Assembly: GCA_002269645.1 (NCBI GenBank)
Contig: NIVC01000681.1
Span: 32,469-96,468, forward strand
Origin: Macrostomum lignano
Taxonomy: Eukaryota
Direction: 5' to 3'
DNA length: 64,000 nucleotides
In this document: one piece after another, positions 14,034 through 24,700 of the stretch
How positions within the stretch are numbered: position 1 is the stretch's first letter
How the letters are laid out: each line of letters begins with the position of its first letter
Position numbers and translations under genes: made by a program
Notes under the pieces: model-generated
Seen by the model: only the letters and a program-made list of their open reading frames with translations
What the model was told of the DNA's origin: nothing
The model's database searches: none

Positions 14034-16882
14034 TATTGATTTATTGATTGATTTATTGATTGATTGATTCGATTGATTGATTGATTGATTGAATTATTGA
14101 TTGATTAATTGGTTGGTTGACTAACTGACTTACTGACTGAAAGATTTTCTATCTTATAAATGAATTTTTCCACGTAAACAAGTACTTTAAATTATACTTT
14201 CCGAGAAGCGTTAGACAATTTATGCAGCAATTTTACCTGGAGTGCATCGTTTCTTAGTGCTGAGCTTTCGCCTCTTGCACACGCAGTCGTCAAGGTAGAC
14301 AGTCAGGCTGGTCTCGATGCGGTAGCCGCTGCGACTGCACTTGGTGCGGCTGTACTTGGTGCCGATAGGGCAGTTCCGGTCTGGAGGGGAACAGCAAAGG
14401 ATGGAGGAGGCTGCAAGCGGGGAAGCTGAAGTAAATACCTTTAGCGACTTCACCCGACAAACAAGCGCTGACTTCTGAGCACAATACCAGCAAGCCAAAT
14501 ACGGTACAGTACGCAGGCACGCACTCATGGACACGCTCACACAGGGCACTGAGACCCCATCAGCAGTAGATTCGGGCAGTTCTCACCAGCTCGAGTCCGC
14601 TTGACTTTTTTCTTCCTGGAGCAGCTGTCTCCCTCATAGCTGATGGTGGTGAGGTACAGAATCCGGCCAGAGATGCAGTGCCTCACGTGACGAGTCTTGG
14701 GACACGTGACTCCCACAGAGCCGTCTGCTGATCCTTCGGAGCTTGCTGTGAGAGAAAAATGTATGAGATGCATGCAGGGGGAGAATGGCTGCTGCCCCCT
14801 CCCCTCAGACCCCTCAGTGGCTGCTGCCCCCTCCCCTCAGACCCCTCAGTGGCTGCTGCCCCTCCCCTCAGACCCTTCAGTGCCTGCTGCCCCTCCCCTC
14901 AGACCCTTCAGTGCCTGCTGCCCCTCCCTCAGACCCTTCAGTGCCTGCTGCCCCTCCCTTCAGACCCTTCAGTGCCTGCTGCCCCTCCCCCCAGACCCTT
15001 CAGTGCCTGCTGCCCCTCCCCTCAGATCCTTCAGTGCCTGCTGCCCCTCCCCTCAAACCCTTCAGTGCCTGCTGCCCCTCAACCCCAGATCCTTCAGTGC
15101 TTGCTGCCCCTCCCCTCAGATCCTTCAGTGCCTGCTGCCCCTCCCGTCAGACCCTTCAGTGCCTGCTGCCCCTCCCCTCAGATCCTTCAGTGCCTGCTGC
15201 CCCTCCCCTCAGATCCTTCAGTGCCTGCTGCCCCTCCCCTCAGATCCTTCAGTGCCTGCTGCCCCTCCCCTCAGATCCTTCAGTGGCTGCTGCCCCTCCC
15301 GTCAGACCCTTCAGTGGCTGCTGCCCCTCCCCTCAGATCCTTCAGTGCCTTCTGCCCCTCAACCCCAGATCCTTCAGTGGCTGCTGCCCCTCCCCTCAGA
15401 CCCTTCAGTGCCTGCTGCCCCTCAACCCCAGATCCTTCAGTGGCTGCTGCCCCTCCCCTCAGACCCTTCAGTGCCTGCTGCCCCTCAACCCCAGATCCTT
15501 CAGTGGCTGCTGCCCCTCCCCTCAGATCCTTCAGTGACTGCTGCCCTCCCCTCAGATCCTTCAGTGCCTGCTGCCCCTCAACCCCAGATCCTTCAGTGCC
15601 TGCTGCCCCTCAACCCCAGATCCTTCAGTGACTGCTGCCTTTTCCCCTTAATTTTCGACTTGCTTTCAAATTAAAACTGGACAGAACGAAAAATGAGACA
15701 AAGAACAATGCACTATTAGTAAACTCAGTCTGATGTTGATGTCATTTGCTAGAGCAAATGAAATTAATTGTTTCAGTGGAGATCAAGATTGATAGATCGG
15801 TAATAATTACAAAAAATCAAAAAGTACAAAATGCTCTCTAACTCGAATTTCGGCCGGAAGATGGAGGTACGGGCGCAGGTGCCGCGGCGGGAGCGGAGGC
15901 TTTAGCGGAGACGAAAGCAGCTGCAGCAGGGGCCTTCGCCTTCGCCTTCCCCTTGTCCGGCTTAGGCTCGACCGCTTCGCCCAAAAGTTCATCCATGCTG
16001 GCTCCCATGTAGCCTGCGGGATAGCCGCCCAGCGTAGAAACTGGCATCTGTTTCCTTTTTCCTCAGGCCACTTGCTGCCTACATATGCACCTGTAGCTGT
16101 ATTGGCCCACTACATTTAGAATAGATTTTCCAAGGTGAGGAATGGCTGTTTAGGTAGTGGACAGGATAATTAAGATAGTTAGTCACAAGAACAGGTGTCA
16201 CGCACGGCTTTAAGACGTAATTTAATACTCAGTAGTATAGTAAGTAACCTTCAAGTATGAATAAGTATGAATACATACAACTATTTGATACAGGTGTGAG
16301 GCGTGGCTATAAAGATAATTAAGATATAATTAACCAATTGATAAAGGTGCGAGAAGCGGCTATAAAGGTAATTAAGGTAATTATTCAATTAATACAGGTG
16401 CGAGAAACGGCTAGCTCGTATAAAGGTAATTAAAAATTAGATACAGGTGTAATACACGGCTATAAAGGTAATTGATCATTACATGCAGGTGCGAGACACG
16501 GTTTTAAATATAATTAAGATAATTAATCAATTAATACAAGTGAGAGACTGATCAGATGGGTAATTTAATTTAAAATTGAGAGAATTAGCTAGCACAAAAG
16601 TATGATAATAAACTAGAAGAGTGCTAAACACAGATATTGCACTGTTGATAATAAGGGTACATGTAAACATATAACCAGTCAATGCCCAGAGGAGACCATC
16701 ATAGTATAGTGTCTAGGAGAAAAGCAATGAAATCCTTGACCCAGAACTGGCTCACCATCCGAAGCGAATGACTGCTGTACAGCGCAGCACAGCACAGCCG
16801 CCAGGATGAAGATAAGAGACAGCCTGCGCCATACCGCAAATGGTGCGGCGGCTTCCAACTTCAAAGCTGCTGCAGACACCAT
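501..16882 (-). CDS. Secreted modular Cys/Lys/Arg-rich repeat protein, multi-exon; 3' end lies beyond the left edge (>=~1175 aa in window)
   Basis: Hand-spliced exons (minus): 16882-16756 (MVSAA...LIFILAAVLCCAVQQSFASD, signal-peptide-like), ~16061-15843 (weak acceptor), 14745-14587, 14380-14237, 12631-12380, 12298-12176, 11099-10968, 10890-10768, 10688-10557, 10221-10093, 10009-9878, 9442-9320, 9236-9111, 8693-8571, 7757-7503, 6779-6648, 5487-5362, 5079-4930, 3170-3039, 2944-2813, 2146-1844, 835-713, 629-501. All have GT..AG boundaries, internal exons are multiples of 3, the frame stays open, and each encodes CP(K)x..C..C or C..C..CxC..C modules. Confidence 0.85.
890..1835. repeat. Composite minisatellite with 94-bp period (two related ~47-bp subunits), fills intron 1843-836
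   Basis: Repeated agcccgccacccc...ctcaaccccacggggg; identical ORFs recur at 94-nt offsets (1011, 1105, 1199, 1293). Confidence 0.95.
2215..2782. repeat. Degenerate ~18-19-bp minisatellite (ataaatctcccatatttc)n
   Basis: Tandem copies inside intron 2812-2147. Confidence 0.9.
3330..4865. repeat. 44-bp dimeric minisatellite (ctgttgctaaggagacacaaca / ctgttgctaagagaaaatcaga)
   Basis: Alternating 22-bp subunits inside intron 4929-3171. Confidence 0.95.
5155..5285. repeat. Short degenerate repeat (agagtagagtagaggaggtcagctgtcccctactc)
   Basis: About 3 imperfect copies in intron 5361-5080. Confidence 0.7.
5615..6547. repeat. 31-32-bp minisatellite (gaaggtggcggcacatcaaagagaaggaagc)n
   Basis: Tandem copies in intron 6647-5488; source of several spurious ORFs. 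Confidence 0.95.
6870..7475. repeat. GA-rich low-complexity tract (gagaggga)n
   Basis: Polypurine tract in intron 7502-6780. Confidence 0.95.
7790..8532. repeat. 24-bp minisatellite (gggtgactcaggtgacactgaatt)n
   Basis: Tandem copies in intron 8570-7758. Confidence 0.95.
8805..9020. repeat. 21-bp minisatellite (ccattggtttccatttagttc)n
   Basis: Tandem copies in intron 9110-8694. Confidence 0.9.
10300..10510. repeat. ~28-bp repeat (aacacccaccccactccatgccccattt)n
   Basis: About 6-7 imperfect copies in intron 10556-10222. Confidence 0.85.
11200..12150. repeat. ~29-bp minisatellite (ctgcacccacatcactccctatccctatt)n with divergent flanking variants
   Basis: Tandem copies in intron 12175-11100. 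Confidence 0.9.
12636..14135. repeat. (GATT)n microsatellite, ~1.5 kb
   Basis: Fills intron 14236-12632 and abuts the acceptor. Confidence 0.95.
14785..15640. repeat. ~31-bp minisatellite (cccctcagatccttcagtgcctgctgcccct)n
   Basis: Tandem copies in intron 15842-14746; unit resembles the adjacent acceptor/exon junction. Confidence 0.95.
16190..16570. repeat. Old degenerate repeat (atacaggtgcgagaaacggctataaaggtaattaa-like)
   Basis: Recurrent caggtg..cggct.taaa motifs in the first intron. Confidence 0.65.
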
Positions 16883-17807
16883 TTAACACAGGTCCTGTCG
16901 CTAACTACAGCTGAATCAGACTATTAATAAACTTCTAAAGCATACAATGCAACTGAAGAAAGCTAACAATTTATCTAGAACCTAAAGAGCTAATTGCAGA
17001 GCTACTCTCGGCTAGCGAGAAAATTCCTCTAACAGCTGTTCAACAGAAGAAGTCGACACTTGAGCTGGACTATCTGAAGATCTGGAGCTAAAATATGCAT
17101 ACTCGAGAGGATGAGGAGTTTTAGATCCCAGAAAGGAAGGTCGAAAGAAAAACTAAAGAATTTTTTTCGTTAATAAAGAGTGGCTATACTTTTAGCACCA
17201 CAGCAGGAGTTATTGCTAAATGCCAATTTTATCATTTTTTGAGATCCAATGAGTAAGACAAGTGGAAAGAGTCGAGCTGTCACTCAGACTATTCAGGTGC
17301 CTTCAGAATAGCAAATTCCAAAACTGTGCATTAATACTACGGAAATTTTGTTGGCCATTTTTATCGATTGAAAGCAACTTGCAATTTTTTTAGTCCTGGC
17401 CAAAAATTCAGGGGAGGGGGCAGATTAAACCATAAATTACAATACGCTCGATAGTATTGACTATAGCATTTTCCAATCCAGAGCAAGCAATTTAATCCTT
17501 ATTGGGAGAATCAAGCTATTGAAGACTTGTTTCTCATTGTCAATGGCCAAAAGGGGGTCTATGGAGCAACCAATCTGGGCGCGCAATTAAGCCTTTTCAC
17601 AGTGCTCGTGTATCCTTTATGAATAACTTCACTGAAATAACGTCTGCAAATAGATGGCATATCAAAAAACGATTGACATCAACACTTTGATTTCAGAGAA
17701 ACCAATCAAAACAGGCAAAGGCAAAACCATGGCATACAGTATAAGCCGACAACAATCGTGTCTCTCAAAACAGTGTTGAACAGATTGAAATCAAACCCGA
17801 TCAATGT

Positions 17808-18360
17808 TCAGAGATTTTCTTCCTCATTTAAGCAGCGCGGGATAATGCGAAGCATCTGCCGAAACCAGCCGCCGCATTTGGCTACTGTGATCTCAGCCGT
17901 TGCCTCCTCCGCAATCCGATGAAGAACGATCGTACGCGCCACTCGAGCAGTGTTGTCTCTGGCGGTGGATTGTCCAATTCGATTTGCACCTGTGGCTGCG
18001 CAAGTTGCCGCTTGATGGCCGCCTTCAAACAGGAATGCGGCCATACTACAACCTGCCAGTTCAGCTCAAACTGCTGGGGGATCCTCAGCCCGTCATGATG
18101 ACTAAGAAGTTGTCGGCATTGTCTACATCATCTCGATTGTTGACAGCATGGAGCAGCTCCTCGACAAATGTGTGACCGACAATCTTGTGGTGTACCAAGC
18201 CGAGATTTGGTGCCACTGTCTGCAGGACATTGACCTGAACCCCTCGCTGCATGTCCAAAACACGTCGGACTCGCTGGCCACGTCTGCTGCGTCCTTGGGA
18301 CCGGCGAGTCCAAATGTTGAAACCGGTCTCATCAACATAGATGAGGCGACGTTCAGGTGG
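17808..18360 (-). mobile_element. Decayed IS630/Tc1-mariner (DDE_3-type) transposase fragment
   Basis: Minus-strand translation LIYVDETGFNIWTRRSQGRSRRGQR...RGVQVNV...GLVHH (first catalytic D) and C-terminal EEATAEITVAKCGGWFRQMLRIIPRCLNEE; frameshifts and a deletion around the YSPxLNPIE region. Confidence 0.75.
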
Positions 18361-18789
18361 ACATTAGACTGACCCACTGATTGTTTAGACTGATAAATTA
18401 GTTATACCTGTTTGACAAATTGATCTATATATTTGTCTAGGCTACAAAATCTAATGTTTATTAACTACTTACAAGCGTATTGTTTCTTGTGTCTGTCTGA
18501 CTCTAGGTTGTTATATATATTGGTGGTGTTCCTTAGTGAAGTTAGTCTGTTCATCAAATTGCTACTATGCTTCGTGTTTGCATATTATCGCCGCTAAAGT
18601 TCTATGTTGTTAATGTACGCTGTTGTCTATGGTACTAAGCTTTACTTTCGAAATATACTCGCACAAGTTATAAAAACATTCACAAAATACAAATATGCAT
18701 ACGAGTTTTTTATTTATTGGTCAGCCATAGACAATTGCAGCGGGCGGGCAGCCGTGCATTTCACCCCGTTTCAACATGCTTAGGCTAAC

Positions 18790-19772
18790 TATAATAAAGC
18801 TAATCAAAGCCACTGCCAAAAATTGGCCATAGACAATAAAGCCAATCAAAGCTACTGCCACAAATCGGCCATAGACAATAGAGCCAATCAAAGCCACTTC
18901 CACAAATCGGCCATAGACAATAAAGCCAATCAAAGCCACTGCCACAAATCAGCCATAGACAATAGAGCCAATCAAAGCCACTGCCACAAATCAGCCATAG
19001 ACAATAGAGCCAATCAAAGCCACTGCCACAAATCGGCCATAGACAATAGAGCCAATCAAAGCCACTGCCACAAATCGGCCATAGACAATAAAGCCAATCA
19101 AAGCCAGTGCCACAAATCAGCCATAGACAATAAAGCCAATCAAAGCCACTGCCACAAATCGGCCATAGACAATAAAGCCAATCAAAGCCACTGCCACAAA
19201 TCGGCCATAGACAATAAAGCCAATCAAAGCCACTGCCACAAATCGCCCATAGACAATAAAGCCAATCAAAGCCACTGCCACAAATCGCCCATAGACAATA
19301 AAGCCAATCAAAGCCACTGCCACAAATCGGCCATAGACAATAAAGCCAATCAAAGCCACTGTCACAAATCGGCCATAGACAATAAAGCCAATCAAAGCCA
19401 CTGCCACAAATCGCCCATAGACAATAAAGCCAATCAAAGCCACTGCCACAAATCGGCCATAGACAATACAGCCAATCGAAGCCACTGCCACAAATCGGCC
19501 ATAGACAATACAGCCAATCAAAGCCACTGCCACAAATCGGCCATAGACAATAAAGCCAATCAAAGCCACTGCCACGAATCGGCCATAGACAATAAAGCCG
19601 ATCAAAGCCACTGCCACAAATCGGCCATAGACAATACAGCCAATCAAAGCCACTGCCACAAATCGGCCATAGACAATACAGCCGATCAAAGCCACTGCCA
19701 CAAATCGGCCATAGACAATAAAGCCAATCAAAGCCACTGCCACAAATCGGCCATAGACAATAAAGCCAATCC
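18790..19772. repeat. 42-bp minisatellite (gccatagacaataaagccaatcaaagccactgccacaaatcg)n
   Basis: About 23 near-identical copies, intergenic. Confidence 0.95.
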
Positions 19773-20439
19773 AACGGACAGGTCTAAATTTTAAGCTTTA
19801 GTCGCCCAAGACCGCAAGCCAAGCCAGGCTGTTCAAATTAGCACTGCTCCGGCCCTGGCTAAAAGAATTTCAAAGCAATTATATTCTGGCTACAAAACAT
19901 TTAGAATAGTCTAGAGATCAGAGCGTGAAAATGTCAAACAGGAGAGTCAATATAGAATGATAGGCTGTTTTTTGAGACACACCCGTTATACATATTCGTA
20001 TATACAAACTACATTATAACGTCAGAAATGTGTATTTCATCGTTTATAATATCTACTGGTACATGATTATTTAGGTAGTTGCAATTAAAAAAAATGCAAA
20101 ATCAAAGCTTAGACCGTAGTAATTATATAGCTTCTATATAAGAGCATACATGCAGCTAAGTGTATGCTAATATGATTGCAACGGCAAGGAATGTGATAAC
20201 GATGTTATGATGATATCCTTTAATATCAACTAATTACCAAGCAAAAATATAAATAAACATATTCTCTTTAGTTAGAATAAATGACAGAGATTGTTTGTTC
20301 AAGTTTTTTTATTAAATTGATCAGATAAGCAAGCTAAAAATTAATAGAAGAATTCTGCAAAATTGACACAGGCAAGGATATTGGTTAGAGAGGAAGAGGG
20401 GAGAAGAGGGGAAAGAGGAAAGAAGAAAAGAGGCAGACC

Positions 20440-21540
20440 TGGCAGAGGGAAGGGAGAGAGGAGGGAGAGAGGGAGAGAGGGGGGAGAGAGGGAGAGAGGG
20501 GGGAGAGAGGGAGAGAGGGAGAGAGGGAGAGAGGAGGGAGAGAGGGAGAGAGGGAGAGAGGGAGAGAGGAGGGAGAGAGGAAGAGAGGGAGAGAGGAGGG
20601 AGAGAGGGAGAGAGGGAGAGAGGAGGGAGAGAGGGAGAGAGGGAGAGAGGAGGGAGAGAGGGAGAGAGGAGGGAGAGAGGGAGAGAGGAGGGAGAGAGGG
20701 AGAGAGGGAGAGAGGGAGAGAGGAGGGAGAGAGGGAGAGAGGGAGAGAGGGAGAGAGGAGGGAGAGAGGGGGAGAGGGAGAGAGGAGGGAGAGAGGAGGG
20801 AGAGAGGAGGGAGAGAGGAGGGAGAGAGGGAGAGAGGAGGGAGAGAGGGAGAGAGGAGGGAGAGAGGGAGAGAGGGAGAGAGGAGGGAGAGAGGAGGTAG
20901 AGAGGGAGAGAGGAGGGAGAGAGGGAGAGAGGGAGAGAGGGAGAGAGGGAGAGAGGAGAAAGAGAGGGAGAGAGGGAGAGAGGGAGAGAGGGAGAGAGGA
21001 GGGAGAGAGGGAGAGAGAAGGGAGAGAGGGAGAGAAGAGGGAGAGAGGGAGAGAGGAGGGAGAGAGGGAGAGAGGGATAGAGGGAGAGAGGAGGGAGAGA
21101 GGGAGAGAGGGATAGAGGGAGAGAGGAGGGAGAGAGGGAGAGAGGAGGGAGAGAGGGAGAGAGGGAGAGAGGGAGAGAGGAGGGAGAGAGGGAGAGAGGA
21201 GGGAGAGAGGGAGAGAGGGAGAGAGGGAAAGAGGAGGGAGAGAGGGAGAGAGGAGGGAGAGAGGGAGGGAGGAGGGAGAGAGGAGGTAGAGAGGGAGAGA
21301 GGAGGGAGAGAGGGAGAGAAGAGGGAGAGAGGGAGAGAGGAGGGAGAGGGAGAGAGAAGGGAGAGAGGGAGAGAGGGAGAGAGGGAGAGAGGAGGTAGAG
21401 AGGGAGAGAGGGAGAGAGGGAGAGAGGAGGTAGAGAGGGAGAGAGGAGGGAGAGAGGGAGAGGAGGGAGAGAGGGAGGGAGGAGGGAGAGAGGGAGGGAG
21501 AGAGGGAGAGAGGAGGAAGAGAGGGAGGAGAGGAGAAAGG
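20440..21540. repeat. GA-rich low-complexity tract
   Basis: Polypurine gagaggga/gagaggag repeats. Confidence 0.95.
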
Positions 21541-21773
21541 AGGGAAAGGGTGATAGAAAGGCGACATGAAGAGAATCATTAATTAGAGAACAGAGTGAGC
21601 GCTATAAAATGTAGTTCAACTGCAATATATTCAATACACCAAAACACTAGAAACAACAGCTTAGGCTGCATAAAAGCACAGAGAGCAGATCAAAACAGAT
21701 CATCAGGAGAGCTCAGTAGACTTACATCATATTGACTCAACTGATTATAGAGTTACAAAAAACAACAATCAAT

Positions 21774-24700
21774 CTAGCCAGGTCTATAAGCCGGAGCAAT
21801 TGCCCATTGTGGCACACCCATTGGCACAGACCTGCTGCTGACCACCTGGGGATGCCTGACGCACTTGGCCAGCTGACAGCGCTGCTTAATGGTGGCAAAT
21901 CTCAGCGTGAAAGCTTCATCAAGTCGCTGCTTCATCTCGCGCATCCGGTCGGACTGCCAGGGCAGGTCGCGAACTCTCAGAGTCTCGTCTTCGTCTTCTT
22001 CGTCGGATGAGGTGACATCTCTGGTGAGCACAACTCGGTATTGTTCGAGTTCGTCTGGCGTCAGACTTGGCAGCAGGGCTTCGAATGCCTTCTGGCGGCG
22101 ACCGAGTTTCTGAAAATATCGGCTGATTCTATTGTAGATGATCTAGTGGCGCTTAAATAGATGGTCTAGTGGCGCTTAAATAGATAGTCTAGTGGCGTTT
22201 AAATAGATAGTCTAGTGGCGCTTAAATAGATGGTCTAGTGGCGCTTAAATAGATGATCTAGTGGCGCTTAAATAGATGGTCTAGTGGCGCTTAAATAGAT
22301 GGTCTAGTGGCGCTTAAATAGATGGTCTAGTGGCGCTTAAATAGATGGTCTAGTGGCGCTTAAATAGATGGTCTAGTGGCGCTTAAATAGATGGTCTAGT
22401 GGCGCTTAAATAGATGGTCTAGTGGCGCTTAAATAGATGGTCTAGTGGCGCTTAAATAGATGGTCTAGTGGCGCTTAAATAGATGGTCTAGTGGCGCTTA
22501 AATAGATGGTCTAGTGGCGCTTAAATAGATGGTCTAGTGGCGCTTAAATAGATGGTCTAGTGGCGCTTAAATAGATGGTCTAGTGGCGCTTAAATAGATG
22601 GTCTAGTGGCGCTTAAATAGATGGTCTAGTGGCGCTTAAATAGATGGTCTAGTGGCGCTTAAAAAGATGGTCTAGTGGCGCTTAAATAGATGGTCTAGTG
22701 GCGCTTAAATAGATGGTCTAGTGGCGCTTAAATAGATGGTCTAGTGGCGCTTAAATAGATAGTCTAGTGGCGCTTCATTAGATGATCTAATGGCGCTTCA
22801 TTAGATGATCTAGTGGCGCTTAAATAGATGGTCTAGTGGCGCTTAAATAGATGGTCTAGTGGCGCTTAAATAGATGATCTAGTGGCGCTTAAATAGATGG
22901 TCTAGTGGCGCTTCATTAGATGATCTAGTGGCGCTTCATTAGATGATCTAATGGCGCTTCATTAGATGATCTAGTGGCGCTTAAATAGATGGTCTAGTGG
23001 CGCTTCATTAGATGATCTAGTGGCGCTTCATTAGATGATCTAATGGCGCTTCATTAGATGGTCTAGTGGCACTTAAATAGATGGTCTAGTGGCGTTTAAA
23101 TAGATGGTCTAGCGGCGCTTCATTAGATGATCTAGTGGCGCTTAAATAGATGGTCTAGTGGCGCTTCATTAGATGATCTAGTGGCGCTTCATTAGATGAT
23201 CTAATGGCGCTTCATTAGATGGTCTAGTGGCACTTAAATAGATGGTCTAGTGGCGTTTAAATAGATGGTCTAGCGGCGCTTAAATAGATGGTCTAGTGGC
23301 GCTTAAATAGATGGTCTAGTGGCGCTTCATTAGATGGTCTAGTGGCGCTTCATTAGATGATCTAGTGGCGCTTGAATAGATAATCTAGTTTGAATAGATT
23401 ATCTAGTGGCGCTTAAATAGATGATCTAGTGACGCTTAAATAGATGATCTAGAGACGCTTAAATAGCTGATCTAATGGCATTTAACTAGATAGATTATCT
23501 AGTGGCGCTTGAAAAGGTGATCCAGTGACACTTAAACAGATGAAGTTGTCAAATTTAGAGCGGGAAGTGATAATACTTCTGCGAACAGACGAGCTCTAGG
23601 AATAATACGACATTAAAATAATAACCAACACTAACCGCTTTTTGACGTTTGCCTTTACGCCAAACTGGACGATTGCGCAGACAGAAAGATTGCATGGATC
23701 GGAACTCTAGGTAGCAGGCGGCTGGAAGGAAATAAAATAAATATTTTAACTGACACTGAATACTCTTACAATTAATATGGACTTCCAGGTGATGAGATCA
23801 AAGGTGTGCTCAAAACTGGGGAGTTCCAGGTGTTACAGGTGTGCTCAAAACTGGGGAGTTCCAGGTGTTACAGGTGTGCTCAAAACTGGAGTTCCAGGTG
23901 TTACAGGTGTGCTCAAAACTGGGGAGTTCCAGGTGTTAAAGGTATGCCTAAAACTGGGGGTTCCAGGTGTTAAAGGTATGCTTAAAACTGGGGGTTCCAG
24001 GTGTTACAGGTGTGCTGTGCTTAAAAAAAAGAATTTCATAAGAATAGTTGGATGCTTACTAAAATCACGCATTTTAATCAACGAAAATAAACTCAATGCT
24101 AGTGTAAAAAATAAACAAACCATACTCACACAGCCAGTTTTCCTGATCAGACTCAAAATCGGCACTGATCTGACCATGCGAGATTACATTCTGCGCCACA
24201 GTCTGATTCGAATTCTCAGTCCAACTGCAAAATAATCAGCAGTGATATACCATTATTTTATCCTCTTTATCAGCTTTATTAACGGGAAAAATATCTACAT
24301 CTGCACTCACGGCTTTGAAAAGTCGAATAGGTGAGGCCCGCTGCCTCTTAGTGTCTTGTAAGCCTCTTTGAGCACACTCTGAAATTGAGGACTACGTTTG
24401 TAATCGGATATCTATTGAGGAATTTTACGAATCGCTAATTTGGGATCAACTCTGATGGGATCTAGAAATATCCCTTAGGATTTGTGATTAACTCAATCTT
24501 GTTGGGATCTAGAAATATCCCTTAGGATTTGGGATCAATTCAATCTTGTTGGGATCTAGAAATATCCCTTAGGATTTGGGATCAATTCAATCTTGTTGGG
24601 AACTAGAAATATCCATTAGGATTTGGGATCAATTCAATCTTGTTGGGATCTAGAAATATCCCTTAGGATTTGGGATCAATTCAATCTTGTTGGGAACTAG

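Noticed and set aside
15807-15992. Alternative frame for exon 2 (MNFWAKRSS...) using the acceptor at 16090
   Set aside because: It would end in phase 0 at the 15842 donor, incompatible with the phase-1 acceptor at 14745. The MPVST frame fits, although its own acceptor (~16061) is weak.
501-16882. Identification as the known Macrostomum adhesive proteins ap1/ap2 or as TSP1 repeats
   Set aside because: No GRKHS-type repeats, vWF/C-lectin/TIL domains or WSxW motifs in the window; cannot be supported without a search.
18790-19794. 323-324 aa ORFs with 14-aa repeats (AIDNKANQSHCHKS; CGSGFDWLYCLWPI)
   Set aside because: A 42-bp array open on both strands simply because the unit is a multiple of 3; no unique coding flanks or splice context.
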